Virus record (IMG/VR): IMGVR_UViG_2529292831_000017
Coordinates: 1 to 40,514 of that record
Length of the DNA stretch: 40,514 nucleotides
Direction: 5' to 3' (one strand)
Source: a virus
Taxonomy: Duplodnaviria > Heunggongvirae > Uroviricota > Caudoviricetes
Below, piece by piece: positions 18,368 to 26,729 of this stretch (position 1 is its first letter; the number at the start of each line of letters is the position of its first letter). The position numbers were made by a program, and so were the translations under genes. The notes beneath the pieces are model-generated. The model worked only from the letters and a program-made list of their open reading frames with translations. It had not been told where the DNA came from and did not search any database.

Positions 18368-19426
18368 TTACGCTCCGGTTTCTGCTGCGGCGGCGCTGAA
18401 GTCGCCAATCTGGATGTTTTCCACCAGTGCGGCGCAGCGGTAGTCCTCAACCACATAGGCTTCGTTAACGGATTCAAAGTTTTCAATCCGGTCACGTTTC
18501 GGGTTGTCGATAACTGAACGGCGGCGGGTATCTTCCTGCCAGTAGATGGACAGGTTATCCAGACGGGTGATCAGCAGCGCATTCGGCGGGAAGAACGGCG
18601 CACGCACGGCCTGCAGGCCACCCATGCGTTTCTGACTGATAATCATATCGGCTGCCAGTTTTTCAGTGTTTTCCTGCTCTTTGTTGACCAGCGGGAAATA
18701 CTTGTCAGACAGCAGTTCACGACCGCAAATCACCACCAGATCGTCGTCGTCCTGGTAGACCACGTCGATAAGCTCATTGACCGCATCCATCACCACAGCG
18801 TCCAGGTTGGCATATTCGCCACCTTTCCCGACTTTCACCGCACCCGGTGTGGTTTCGCCGCCCGTGGTGGTGCTGCCCATGACGTGATCCGGTGCATCCT
18901 CACGGATTTTCTGCAGCCAGCCTTTGTTCACATCCTGCAGCAGCGGGTTTTCACTACGGTTGGAGGTTTTCGCACGCTTCACGCCGTTAAAGCCGATCAT
19001 GATGCGGTCCAGTGCCTGACGTTTCACGATGGCGTCACGGATACGCACCTGGAAATCCTGAAACTTCGCCCACAGGTCCAGCTTCGCGTAGGTCAGCACC
19101 GTGTCAAAGTTGGTCTGCTCGCATTTATATTCCACATCGACCATCAGCGTCGGATCGACAGGTTCACGCTCTTTCGCAGTGGTGTCAGTGGTTCCGGCAA
19201 TGGTGCTGCCAACACCCAGCCCCAGCAGCTGACCGGACTGCTCAGTCACTGGCGTGACGTTAATCAGCGTCAGGAAAGCGGCGGACTGCTGGATCTGGTC
19301 TTCCAGCGTCTGCTGCACAGACGGCTCCACAGTGAATTTGCTGGACAGTTCTTCAACTGCCACACCATTCAGACGCGCCAGCTGCTGCAGGTAAGCGTTA
19401 AAAGCAAAGCGGGTATTCTTCTTCAT
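18368..19426 (-). CDS. N: Major capsid protein N
   Basis: 352 aa, P2 gpN-like size and position. Confidence 0.9.
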   Translation of the reverse strand: MKKNTRFAFNAYLQQLARLNGVAVEELSSKFTVEPSVQQTLEDQIQQSAAFLTLINVTPVTEQSGQLLGLGVGSTIAGTTDTTAKEREPVDPTLMVDVEYKCEQTNFDTVLTYAKLDLWAKFQDFQVRIRDAIVKRQALDRIMIGFNGVKRAKTSNRSENPLLQDVNKGWLQKIREDAPDHVMGSTTTGGETTPGAVKVGKGGEYANLDAVVMDAVNELIDVVYQDDDDLVVICGRELLSDKYFPLVNKEQENTEKLAADMIISQKRMGGLQAVRAPFFPPNALLITRLDNLSIYWQEDTRRRSVIDNPKRDRIENFESVNEAYVVEDYRCAALVENIQIGDFSAAAAETGA

Positions 19427-19442
19427 CGGGTTTTGTGCTCCA

Positions 19443-20276
19443 TCAGCAATTGGTCAGAGTGTCAGCGGGGGCGTTACTGCCTGTTGCACGCTGGCGGTAG
19501 TCCTGGCGGCTGTCTTCATGACTCAGCTTGTCCACCAGTTCGTTAAAGGCGGTCTGCTGTGCCTGCAGGGCAGTCTCCAGCTCAGACAGACGTTCTTCCT
19601 GCTCAGACAGGGATTTTTCGGTGTGTGCGCTCAGGTTCTGCTGCTCAGTGGCGACCAGCTCCACGGCCTTATGCACATCAGAGAACCGGGCGTCATCGGA
19701 CTGCTCTTTTTTGGTAAACAGCGCCGTGACGCGGGCAAACAGGGACGGTTTGTCGTCCTGGATTTCTTCCAGTTCGATCACCGTTTCCTCTGCAGCGGTA
19801 AAGAGATTGGCAGGATTCTGCTTGCGGTTTGCCAGCGGGTTATGGGCTGCACTGGCGCTGAATGTCAGCATTTCCGTACCCAGACTGGCAGGGTCATCAG
19901 TGGCAGCCAGGCCGACCAGGTAGGCTTTGCCCGTATCAGCGAACTTCGGGCTGACTTCCATAGAGGTGAATAATTTCTGGCCTTTTTTCACCAGTTCCAC
20001 CAGGGACTCCGTTGGCTCAACGTCGGCATACAGCGCCATCTTGCCTGCCAGCGGACCTTCCGTGATTTCTTCAGCAAACAGCGCCGTCACCTTGCCGTAG
20101 CGGTTAAAGGTGCTGTCCGGCAGATAAGACTTGATGTGCTCAAGGTTAATCAGCGCGGTATACACCGCCGGGTTGTAGCTGGCTGCCATCTGTTCCAGCC
20201 ATTCACGCTGGATTTCGCGTCCGTCGGTGGTGGCACCTTCCACCCCGATGCGAAAACGCTTTGCTTTCACTGTCAT
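19443..20276 (-). CDS. O: Capsid scaffolding protein O
   Basis: 277 aa, acidic coiled-coil-rich; first gene of the O-N-M-L operon. Confidence 0.85.
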   Translation of the reverse strand: MTVKAKRFRIGVEGATTDGREIQREWLEQMAASYNPAVYTALINLEHIKSYLPDSTFNRYGKVTALFAEEITEGPLAGKMALYADVEPTESLVELVKKGQKLFTSMEVSPKFADTGKAYLVGLAATDDPASLGTEMLTFSASAAHNPLANRKQNPANLFTAAEETVIELEEIQDDKPSLFARVTALFTKKEQSDDARFSDVHKAVELVATEQQNLSAHTEKSLSEQEERLSELETALQAQQTAFNELVDKLSHEDSRQDYRQRATGSNAPADTLTNC

Positions 20277-20354
20277 GAGCCGTGCTCCGTTAGAAAAAAC
20301 TTACTGGAGCCTTATGGTTGCGGTGATGGGGGCAGTGAAACAATGAGCGGTATT

Positions 20355-20372
20355 TGTACCGACAACCACACA
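20355..20372. promoter_or_regulatory. TGT-N12-ACA dyad in the divergent O/P intergenic region (candidate Ogr site)
   Basis: TGTACCGACAACCACACA between the O and P start codons. Confidence 0.45.
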
Positions 20373-20418
20373 AACCGCAGGCGGGGAAAGCCTTCATTCA
20401 AGGCTGTAGGTTTGTTCC

Positions 20419-22185
20419 ATGAACACCACACTGACACCCGCAGATCTCGATCCCCGTCGGCAGGCCATGCTGCTGTACTTTCAGGGATACCGCGTAGCCC
20501 GCATTGCTGAAATGCTGGGCGAGAAAGTTGCAACCGTTCACAGCTGGAAAAAACGCGACAAGTGGGGTGACTATGGGCCGCTGGATCAGATGCAGCTCAC
20601 CACCGCCGCACGCTACTGCCAGCTCATTATGAAGGAGCACAAAGAAGGGAAAGATTTCAAAGAGATTGACCTGCTGGCGCGCCAGTCGGAGCGCCACGCG
20701 CGGATCGGCAAGTTTAACAATGGCGGCAACGAAGCCGACTTAAACCCTAACGTCGCCAACCGCAACAAAGGCCCGCGTCGTCAGCCGGAAAAGAACGTTT
20801 TCACCGATGAACAGATTGAGAAGCTGGAAGAAATCTTCCATTCCTCCATGTTCAACTACCAGCGCCACTGGTGGGAAGCCGGAAAAACCAACCGCATCCG
20901 CAACCTGCTGAAGTCACGCCAGATCGGCGCGACCTTTTACTTTGCCCGTGAAGCCCTGATTGACGCCCTGCTTACCGGACGTAACCAGATTTTCCTTTCC
21001 GCCAGTAAGGCACAGGCCCACGTCTTTAAACAGTACATCATCGACTTCGCCAAAGAAGTGGAGGTGGAGCTGAAAGGCGATCCGATGGTGCTTCCCAACG
21101 GGGCCACGCTTTACTTCCTCGGCACCAATGCCCGCACGGCCCAGAGTTACCACGGCAACCTGTATCTGGATGAATATTTCTGGATACCGAAATTCCAGGA
21201 GCTGCGCAAGGTGGCTTCCGGTATGGCTATTCACAAAAAATGGCGACAAACCTATTTTTCCACGCCATCCAGCCTGACACACAGTGCTTATCCGTTCTGG
21301 TCCGGTGCGCTGTTTAACCGTGGGCGCAACAAAACCGATAAGGTGGACATCGACCTGTCCCACAGCAATCTGGCCCCCGGCCTGCTGTGCGCAGACGGGC
21401 AATACCGCCAGATAGTCACCGTGGAAGATGCGGTGCGCGGCGGCTGTAACCTGTTCGACCTCGACCAGCTACGCATGGAGTACAGCCCGGACGAATACCA
21501 GAACCTGCTGATGTGCGAGTTTGTGGACGATCTCGCGTCCGTGTTTCCGCTCAGCGAGCTGCAGGCGTGCATGGTGGACAGTTGGGAAGTCTGGACCGAC
21601 TTTCATGCACTGGCGCTGCGCCCGTTTGGCTGGCGCGAAGTGTGGATCGGTTATGACCCGGCAAAAGGTACGCAAAACGGCGACAGCGCCGGATGCGTAG
21701 TGGTGGCACCGCCAGCCGTGCCGGGTGGTAAGTTCCGCATTCTTGAGCGTCACCAGTGGCGCGGGATGGACTTCCGCGCCCAGGCTGACGCCATCAAAAA
21801 ACTTACCGAACAGTACAACGTGACTTATATCGGAATCGACTCAACCGGCGTTGGTCACGGGGTTTACGAGAACGTGAAAGCGTTCTTTCCTGCCGTCCGG
21901 GAGTTTGTCTACAACCCCAACGTTAAAAACGCCCTGGTACTCAAGGCCTACGACATTATCAGCCACCGCCGTCTGGAGTTTGACGCCGGGCACACCGACA
22001 TTGCGCAGTCATTCATGGCAATCCGTCGCGCAACCACCGCCAGTGGCAACCGCCCAACCTATGAAGCCAGCCGCAGCGAAGAAGCCAGCCACGCCGATCT
22101 GGCCTGGGCAACAATGCACGCACTGTTTAACGAACCACTGCAGGGCGAGTCCGCCAATACCAGTAATATTGTGGAGATTTTTTGA
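20419..22185 (+). CDS. P: Terminase large (ATPase) subunit P
   Basis: 588 aa, P2 gpP-like length; divergent from O. Confidence 0.9.
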   Translation: MNTTLTPADLDPRRQAMLLYFQGYRVARIAEMLGEKVATVHSWKKRDKWGDYGPLDQMQLTTAARYCQLIMKEHKEGKDFKEIDLLARQSERHARIGKFNNGGNEADLNPNVANRNKGPRRQPEKNVFTDEQIEKLEEIFHSSMFNYQRHWWEAGKTNRIRNLLKSRQIGATFYFAREALIDALLTGRNQIFLSASKAQAHVFKQYIIDFAKEVEVELKGDPMVLPNGATLYFLGTNARTAQSYHGNLYLDEYFWIPKFQELRKVASGMAIHKKWRQTYFSTPSSLTHSAYPFWSGALFNRGRNKTDKVDIDLSHSNLAPGLLCADGQYRQIVTVEDAVRGGCNLFDLDQLRMEYSPDEYQNLLMCEFVDDLASVFPLSELQACMVDSWEVWTDFHALALRPFGWREVWIGYDPAKGTQNGDSAGCVVVAPPAVPGGKFRILERHQWRGMDFRAQADAIKKLTEQYNVTYIGIDSTGVGHGVYENVKAFFPAVREFVYNPNVKNALVLKAYDIISHRRLEFDAGHTDIAQSFMAIRRATTASGNRPTYEASRSEEASHADLAWATMHALFNEPLQGESANTSNIVEIF

Positions 22186-23213
22186 TGGGAAAGAGTAAGA
22201 AGAACCGCGCTGCGTCGACGAACCAGATCCAGCATAAAAGTCAAACTACAGCCGAAGCATTCAGCTTCGGTGATCCCGTTCCTGTTCTGGACCGCCGCGA
22301 ACTACTGGACTATGTGGAATGCGTACAAACAGATCGCTGGTATGAGCCGCCAGTAAGCTTTGACGGACTGGCGCGCACCTTCCGCGCCGCCGTGCATCAC
22401 AGTTCACCAATTGCGGTGAAATGCAACATTCTGACCAGTACCTACATCCCCCACCCGCTGCTCAGCCAGCAGGCTTTTTCACGTTTTGTGCAGGACTATC
22501 TGGTATTTGGTAACGCTTACCTGGAGAAACGCACGAACCGGTTCGGTGAAGTTATCGCCCTTGAGCCTGCTCTGGCAAAATACACCCGACGTGGGTTAGA
22601 CCTGGATACCTACTGGTTTGTGCAATACGGTATGACAACCCAGCCGTATCAGTTCACGAAAGGCAGCATTTTTCATCTGATGGAACCGGACATCAACCAG
22701 GAGATCTACGGCCTGCCCGGCTATCTTTCTGCCATTCCATCCGCCCTGCTCAACGAGTCCGCCACGCTGTTCCGCCGTAAGTATTACATCAACGGCAGCC
22801 ATGCAGGCTTCATCATGTACATGACCGACGCCGCGCAGAATCAGGAGGATGTGAACAACCTCCGCAACGCGATGAAAAGTGCCAAAGGTCCAGGCAACTT
22901 CCGCAACCTGTTTATGTACTCGCCTAACGGCAAAAAAGACGGGCTTCAGATCATCCCATTGTCAGAAGTCGCGGCGAAGGATGAATTTCTTAACATCAAG
23001 AACGTAAGTCGGGATGACATGATGGCGGCGCATCGTGTGCCGCCGCAGATGATGGGGATAATGCCAAACAATGTTGGGGGGTTTGGGGATATAGAAAAAG
23101 CCAGTTGCGTTTTTGTGCGAAATGAGTTAACTCCTTTACAAAAAAGACTTGTAGAAATTAATATTTGGCTAAAGAAAAAAATAATAGCCTTCAAAGATTA
23201 TTCATTGAATTAG
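22182..23213 (+). CDS. Q: Portal protein Q
   Basis: 343 aa, 4-bp overlap with P; P2 gpQ-like. Confidence 0.9.
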   Translation: MMGKSKKNRAASTNQIQHKSQTTAEAFSFGDPVPVLDRRELLDYVECVQTDRWYEPPVSFDGLARTFRAAVHHSSPIAVKCNILTSTYIPHPLLSQQAFSRFVQDYLVFGNAYLEKRTNRFGEVIALEPALAKYTRRGLDLDTYWFVQYGMTTQPYQFTKGSIFHLMEPDINQEIYGLPGYLSAIPSALLNESATLFRRKYYINGSHAGFIMYMTDAAQNQEDVNNLRNAMKSAKGPGNFRNLFMYSPNGKKDGLQIIPLSEVAAKDEFLNIKNVSRDDMMAAHRVPPQMMGIMPNNVGGFGDIEKASCVFVRNELTPLQKRLVEINIWLKKKIIAFKDYSLN

Positions 23214-23224
23214 ATAAAATGTGT

Positions 23225-23242
23225 GGGGGATGAAAATCCCCC
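23225..23242. terminator. Hairpin between convergent Q and the KAP-like gene
   Basis: GGGGGAT-GAAA-ATCCCCC stem-loop in the 37-bp gap between the two stop codons. Confidence 0.4.
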
Positions 23243-23250
23243 CTCCCAAA

Positions 23251-24933
23251 TTACAAATACCGTCTAACACGTATTTTATTAATGCTCGACTCATTTCCAA
23301 TTCTTATCAAAGCATTTCTCGCTTTTTCTCCGATGCGTTTCATTCTTTCTGAACCATTGCTATACCCACCAAACTTAAGAGCAGTAGCTATTATTGAATC
23401 ACCACCATCAAGAATGACTTTTTTAAATAAATCATAGTAGTCATCCTCTGAGGCAGCATCCAATATTTCCTCGTGCCTATCAGACCAACCATTCTGACTT
23501 GATAATTTTATTAGAACATCCTTTATAGAACCATCCAGATTTAAAGTAGTAGAATAATCTTGGATTTTTGACTTTAACTCAGCATCTTTTATAGGATGAA
23601 CATTCATGTAAATAGATTGAACATATTCCTTAAGAGCATCATTACCGTAATTAATAAATTTACTTATTAATTCACTTGCTTTAATATTTTCACCTAAATC
23701 TCTATACAGTCCGACAACACTATCCAAGTCACTTGGAGTTACATACTCTATCCCACCAACCACCGCTTGATATAGATTATCAATAACCTGATTTCGGTTA
23801 TCTTCAAATGAATTATAGAAAAGCTTCCATGCTTCAAACAGTGAACCTCGCTTACTATCACGGATAAGTTCATCATTCCTTAGACTTACTTGCCTTTGGA
23901 AATTGTTCATATCAATATATCCATGCCTTACCATGTCTATAAGGACTTCATCAAGTTCGTTTGTTTTTTTATAATCATATATAAGCAAAGTATTAAGCCA
24001 TTTTTTTTCTTTTCCATCCTCTTTTTCATCACGCATATAGATATTTCTCATATTTCTAATATACTCCAATGATGGTACATCTCCATCTGGAGTAAATGCG
24101 TAATGACTCCAACAATACAAAGTTAAGGAGTGTGCGACTTCATTTGCAATTTTTTCAAAATTAACGTTAATGCCAGGTAACAAGGCTAGCAAAAACCGCT
24201 CTATTTTTTTCAGTATCCTAATATTCTTAATACCCAGGGAAATGGAGTATTTGCTTAATAATTTATGAACATCAGAATTATTTTTATATGCTATAACTGC
24301 ACATTCTTCTGGAGTAGGATTATAGGTAATCTCTCTATCAATAACCTTTTCTTTATAAGTGGAGTAGTCATCCATACCACTTGTCCCGTTATTAAGTAAA
24401 AGAACCACCTTACAATTTTTTTGTTCTTTCAATAAAGAAACCAACCCTAAGACATCTTTCACTTCTAAATTTTTACCACGTCTTTCTAAGTCATCTATGA
24501 CTACAATAACATTAGTAATTGACATAAATGACATTGACTCAAGTGTCGTAGTGAAATTTTTCAAAAAAGGTGTATCTTTTAACACACGAGCGGTCTTTCT
24601 AGTGCAGGATTCAAGAAGCCCCTTTGCATTTTGTGTTGCTGTTTTTAAATTAGGTTTGTTTCCAATGAAATCTTTCGTAATTGTATTTTCAAAGATGGAG
24701 TATTTTAATGCGTCCAATGAATTAACACCAAAAAGAGAGACGTAACTATATCTATTAAATGCAATCTTATTTTTATTTTCCTTTAAGAAAGCATTCCAAG
24801 TATAGGTTTTCCCAATCCCCCACTCACCCTGAATAGCCATTACCTCAGGTTCTGCAGATGAAATAAAGTCTGACAACTGTTCTTTAATATAGTCTAATGA
24901 CATGTACATTCTCCGAGATAGATAGTCATCCAT
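23251..24933 (-). CDS. Accessory gene: KAP-family-like P-loop NTPase (560 aa)
   Basis: Walker A GEWGIGKT and Walker B VIVVIDDLERR (the GxWGxGK / hhhhDDLDR pattern of KAP NTPases); very AT-rich; lies between cos and Q. Confidence 0.6.
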   Translation of the reverse strand: MDDYLSRRMYMSLDYIKEQLSDFISSAEPEVMAIQGEWGIGKTYTWNAFLKENKNKIAFNRYSYVSLFGVNSLDALKYSIFENTITKDFIGNKPNLKTATQNAKGLLESCTRKTARVLKDTPFLKNFTTTLESMSFMSITNVIVVIDDLERRGKNLEVKDVLGLVSLLKEQKNCKVVLLLNNGTSGMDDYSTYKEKVIDREITYNPTPEECAVIAYKNNSDVHKLLSKYSISLGIKNIRILKKIERFLLALLPGINVNFEKIANEVAHSLTLYCWSHYAFTPDGDVPSLEYIRNMRNIYMRDEKEDGKEKKWLNTLLIYDYKKTNELDEVLIDMVRHGYIDMNNFQRQVSLRNDELIRDSKRGSLFEAWKLFYNSFEDNRNQVIDNLYQAVVGGIEYVTPSDLDSVVGLYRDLGENIKASELISKFINYGNDALKEYVQSIYMNVHPIKDAELKSKIQDYSTTLNLDGSIKDVLIKLSSQNGWSDRHEEILDAASEDDYYDLFKKVILDGGDSIIATALKFGGYSNGSERMKRIGEKARNALIRIGNESSINKIRVRRYL

Positions 24934-24970
24934 ATTATAACCCGAGTACTATCAAAGTAATAAGCGCGCG

Positions 24971-24989
24971 CTCGTATCCCCGCCACGCC
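24971..24989. other. Prophage cos site (186-type cohesive-end sequence)
   Basis: Reverse complement reads GGCGTGGCGGGGATACGAG, homologous to the 19-nt P2/186 cohesive end, and the flanking GCCCGCTTT...GCGGTTT also matches the second cos at 40245-40263. Confidence 0.6.
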
Positions 24990-25032
24990 TGCCCGCTTTA
25001 TGTAGCGGTTTTCATGCGCCTGCATGACATAA

Positions 25033-25057
25033 GCAAAATCCCGCCACTCCTGGCGGG
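25033..25057 (-). terminator. Rho-independent terminator downstream of the 203-aa membrane protein gene
   Basis: CCCGCCA / TGGCGGG stem with a T-run on the - strand (ATTTTGC). Confidence 0.5.
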
Positions 25058-25149
25058 CCTCAGCTAAAACGATCCTCAAACGATCATGCGGATTCATGCG
25101 GCATAGACATGCACAATCTCCAAAGCGGGCATCGAGACTTTTTGGAAAC

Positions 25150-25761
25150 CTACGTAACCACAGTTAATGTGTGCATCCTGTCTCGAATTGCATCACACGT
25201 CTCATCAAAAAGCTTGGTGATGGTTGTATGGTTCAACTCCGCCTCTTTCCAATAATTTTGCCCGTCAAATTCTGGATCGCTATGCTTAAACGATATTGAC
25301 TCTGAAAGGCATTCCTTCCGGAAACGGTCCAAGATTATATAAACCTCTGGTGAGATGAACGGTTTGTTAGATTCAACACTTGTAACAAAAGTGTTAAATG
25401 CATCAAAAAAAACTTTCAACCTTCTAAATTTTCTCTCTTCAAATGGTTCGTTGGGGTCAACATGATCCAGCGCAGGCCTCAGCTTAAGCACGCTTTCTCT
25501 GGTTTCAAACATCGAATTCCAAATGAGACTATATGCTGATAACTCCTTATCAAAATACGCTTTCGTTACATAAACAGAATTGTCTAACTTAGCCTTTATT
25601 CTTTCATTAGTTGCACTCAGTTGTGATTGAAATTCAGCAATATCTTTGTTTAGCCGCGACTTATATCTTTCTAAATAAACTTTCCCGATCCAAACAAATA
25701 TGCCAGATGCAACAAAAGACACCCCACCCAACGAAGCCAGAACTTTAAAGACCAAATCCAT
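25150..25761 (-). CDS. Accessory gene: 203-aa protein with one N-terminal TM helix and a coiled-coil-rich body
   Basis: Hydrophobic N-terminus LVFKVLASLGGVSFVASGIFVWIG; GC below backbone; between the SOS operon and cos, where P2 carries tin/old. Confidence 0.5.
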   Translation of the reverse strand: MDLVFKVLASLGGVSFVASGIFVWIGKVYLERYKSRLNKDIAEFQSQLSATNERIKAKLDNSVYVTKAYFDKELSAYSLIWNSMFETRESVLKLRPALDHVDPNEPFEERKFRRLKVFFDAFNTFVTSVESNKPFISPEVYIILDRFRKECLSESISFKHSDPEFDGQNYWKEAELNHTTITKLFDETCDAIRDRMHTLTVVT

Positions 25762-25809
25762 TGCGCCCCCACCTGCAAAAATAGTATTCCATTATAAGCT
25801 AATACATTT

Positions 25810-26025
25810 TTAATCAAACAGGGGATAATTCGCGTCAACCTCATCACTTCTCTGCTCTACCCTAGTGACTTCCATCAAAAACCCCAGGCCGTCATATAGC
25901 GAAACGGGGAATTCCAGCTCAAGCCAGAAGCAGTCTTCATAGATGCGGCCCAACCAAAAACCTCCGCCACACTCCTTTGGGCGTTGAAAGAAGACCCAGT
26001 CGCCAAGGGTTAAACGTTCCAGCAC
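25810..26025 (-). CDS. Hypothetical 71-aa protein
   Basis: ORF only; position downstream of the DinI-like gene. Confidence 0.3.
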   Translation of the reverse strand: MLERLTLGDWVFFQRPKECGGGFWLGRIYEDCFWLELEFPVSLYDGLGFLMEVTRVEQRSDEVDANYPLFD

Positions 26026-26143
26026 CTAGCCCCGATAAATAATCTGGTGATTACTGTCTTTTTTACCCATGGCTAACGCCTCGCTACTCTCGTTGTTCAA
26101 CCTTGCTGACGTCAGATTCAAGTTCTTACATCAGGAACGTTCC

Positions 26144-26377
26144 TTAGTGCAGCCAGCTGTCGTCTTCCCAAACCTGTTGCATAATTTCCATCACCCGCTT
26201 TTTGTCTTCATCAAGCTTTAAGCCACTCAGCTCAACGCCGTTTGCCGACCCTTTACGGATGCGGATAGCGGTCTTGGGATAGATGGGTAGCAGGTTGCGG
26301 TAAAGCTCGGACTCCAGAGCGTCCAGGGTAGACTGGCTAATCTTCTGCTCTTTATCGATCATTATTTCAATGCGCAT
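26144..26377 (-). CDS. dinI: DinI-like protein (77 aa from internal ATG)
   Basis: MRIEIMIDKEQKISQSTLDALESELYRNLL...DKKRVMEIMQQVWEDDSW aligns with E. coli DinI (MRIEVTIAK...ALAGEL...EILQETWE). Confidence 0.75.
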   Translation of the reverse strand: MRIEIMIDKEQKISQSTLDALESELYRNLLPIYPKTAIRIRKGSANGVELSGLKLDEDKKRVMEIMQQVWEDDSWLH

Positions 26378-26387
26378 AAAAGTCACC

Positions 26388-26576
26388 TCAGCTGATGACA
26401 TCCATTGAGCGGTTGTATTCGTGGCTTCTGATTTTTGCCATGAGTTCATCAGTCAATTCAGAAACCCACTGCAGGGCCAGCCCCTTCTCTTCATCACTAC
26501 ACTCACTAGCCGCTACAAGCTTAAGAAAAAAATCAATGCGCTGGAGCTTCAAAGACTCCAAAAAATAGTCCTGCAT
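26388..26576 (-). CDS. Small protein (62 aa), first gene of the LexA-box operon; possible Tum-like N-terminal part
   Basis: Strong SD AGGAGG 4 nt upstream of the ATG at 26574-26576; the tracked upstream extension runs through the LexA box and is unlikely to be translated. Confidence 0.45.
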   Translation of the reverse strand: MQDYFLESLKLQRIDFFLKLVAASECSDEEKGLALQWVSELTDELMAKIRSHEYNRSMDVIS

Positions 26577-26619
26577 CTTTCCTCCTATGACACCGCAAAC
26601 AATACTGTATAGATAATCA

Positions 26620-26635
26620 CTGCTTATATTTACAG
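26620..26635. promoter_or_regulatory. LexA box (SOS operator)
   Basis: CTGCTTATATTTACAG fits CTG-N10-CAG with an AT-rich centre; an adjacent weaker half-site CTGTATAGATAATCAC at 26605-26620. Confidence 0.65.
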
Positions 26636-26729
26636 TATATAATAATCTTACTGATGTAAAACGTTTTTTTACGTTCATCAGCCTGATATGCCTGGTATTA
26701 TTAAGAGCACGAATTGTTAACCCGCGTAA

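Noticed and set aside
18884-19973. + strand ORFs inside the capsid (N) and scaffold (O) genes
   Set aside because: Antisense shadow ORFs in strongly supported structural genes.
20413-20430. Second TGT-N12-ACA match in the O/P region
   Set aside because: Overlaps the P start codon, so it is unlikely to be a functional activator site.
24894-25097. 67-aa ORF spanning the cos region
   Set aside because: Overlaps the cos sequence and terminator in a GC-rich non-coding stretch; no RBS.
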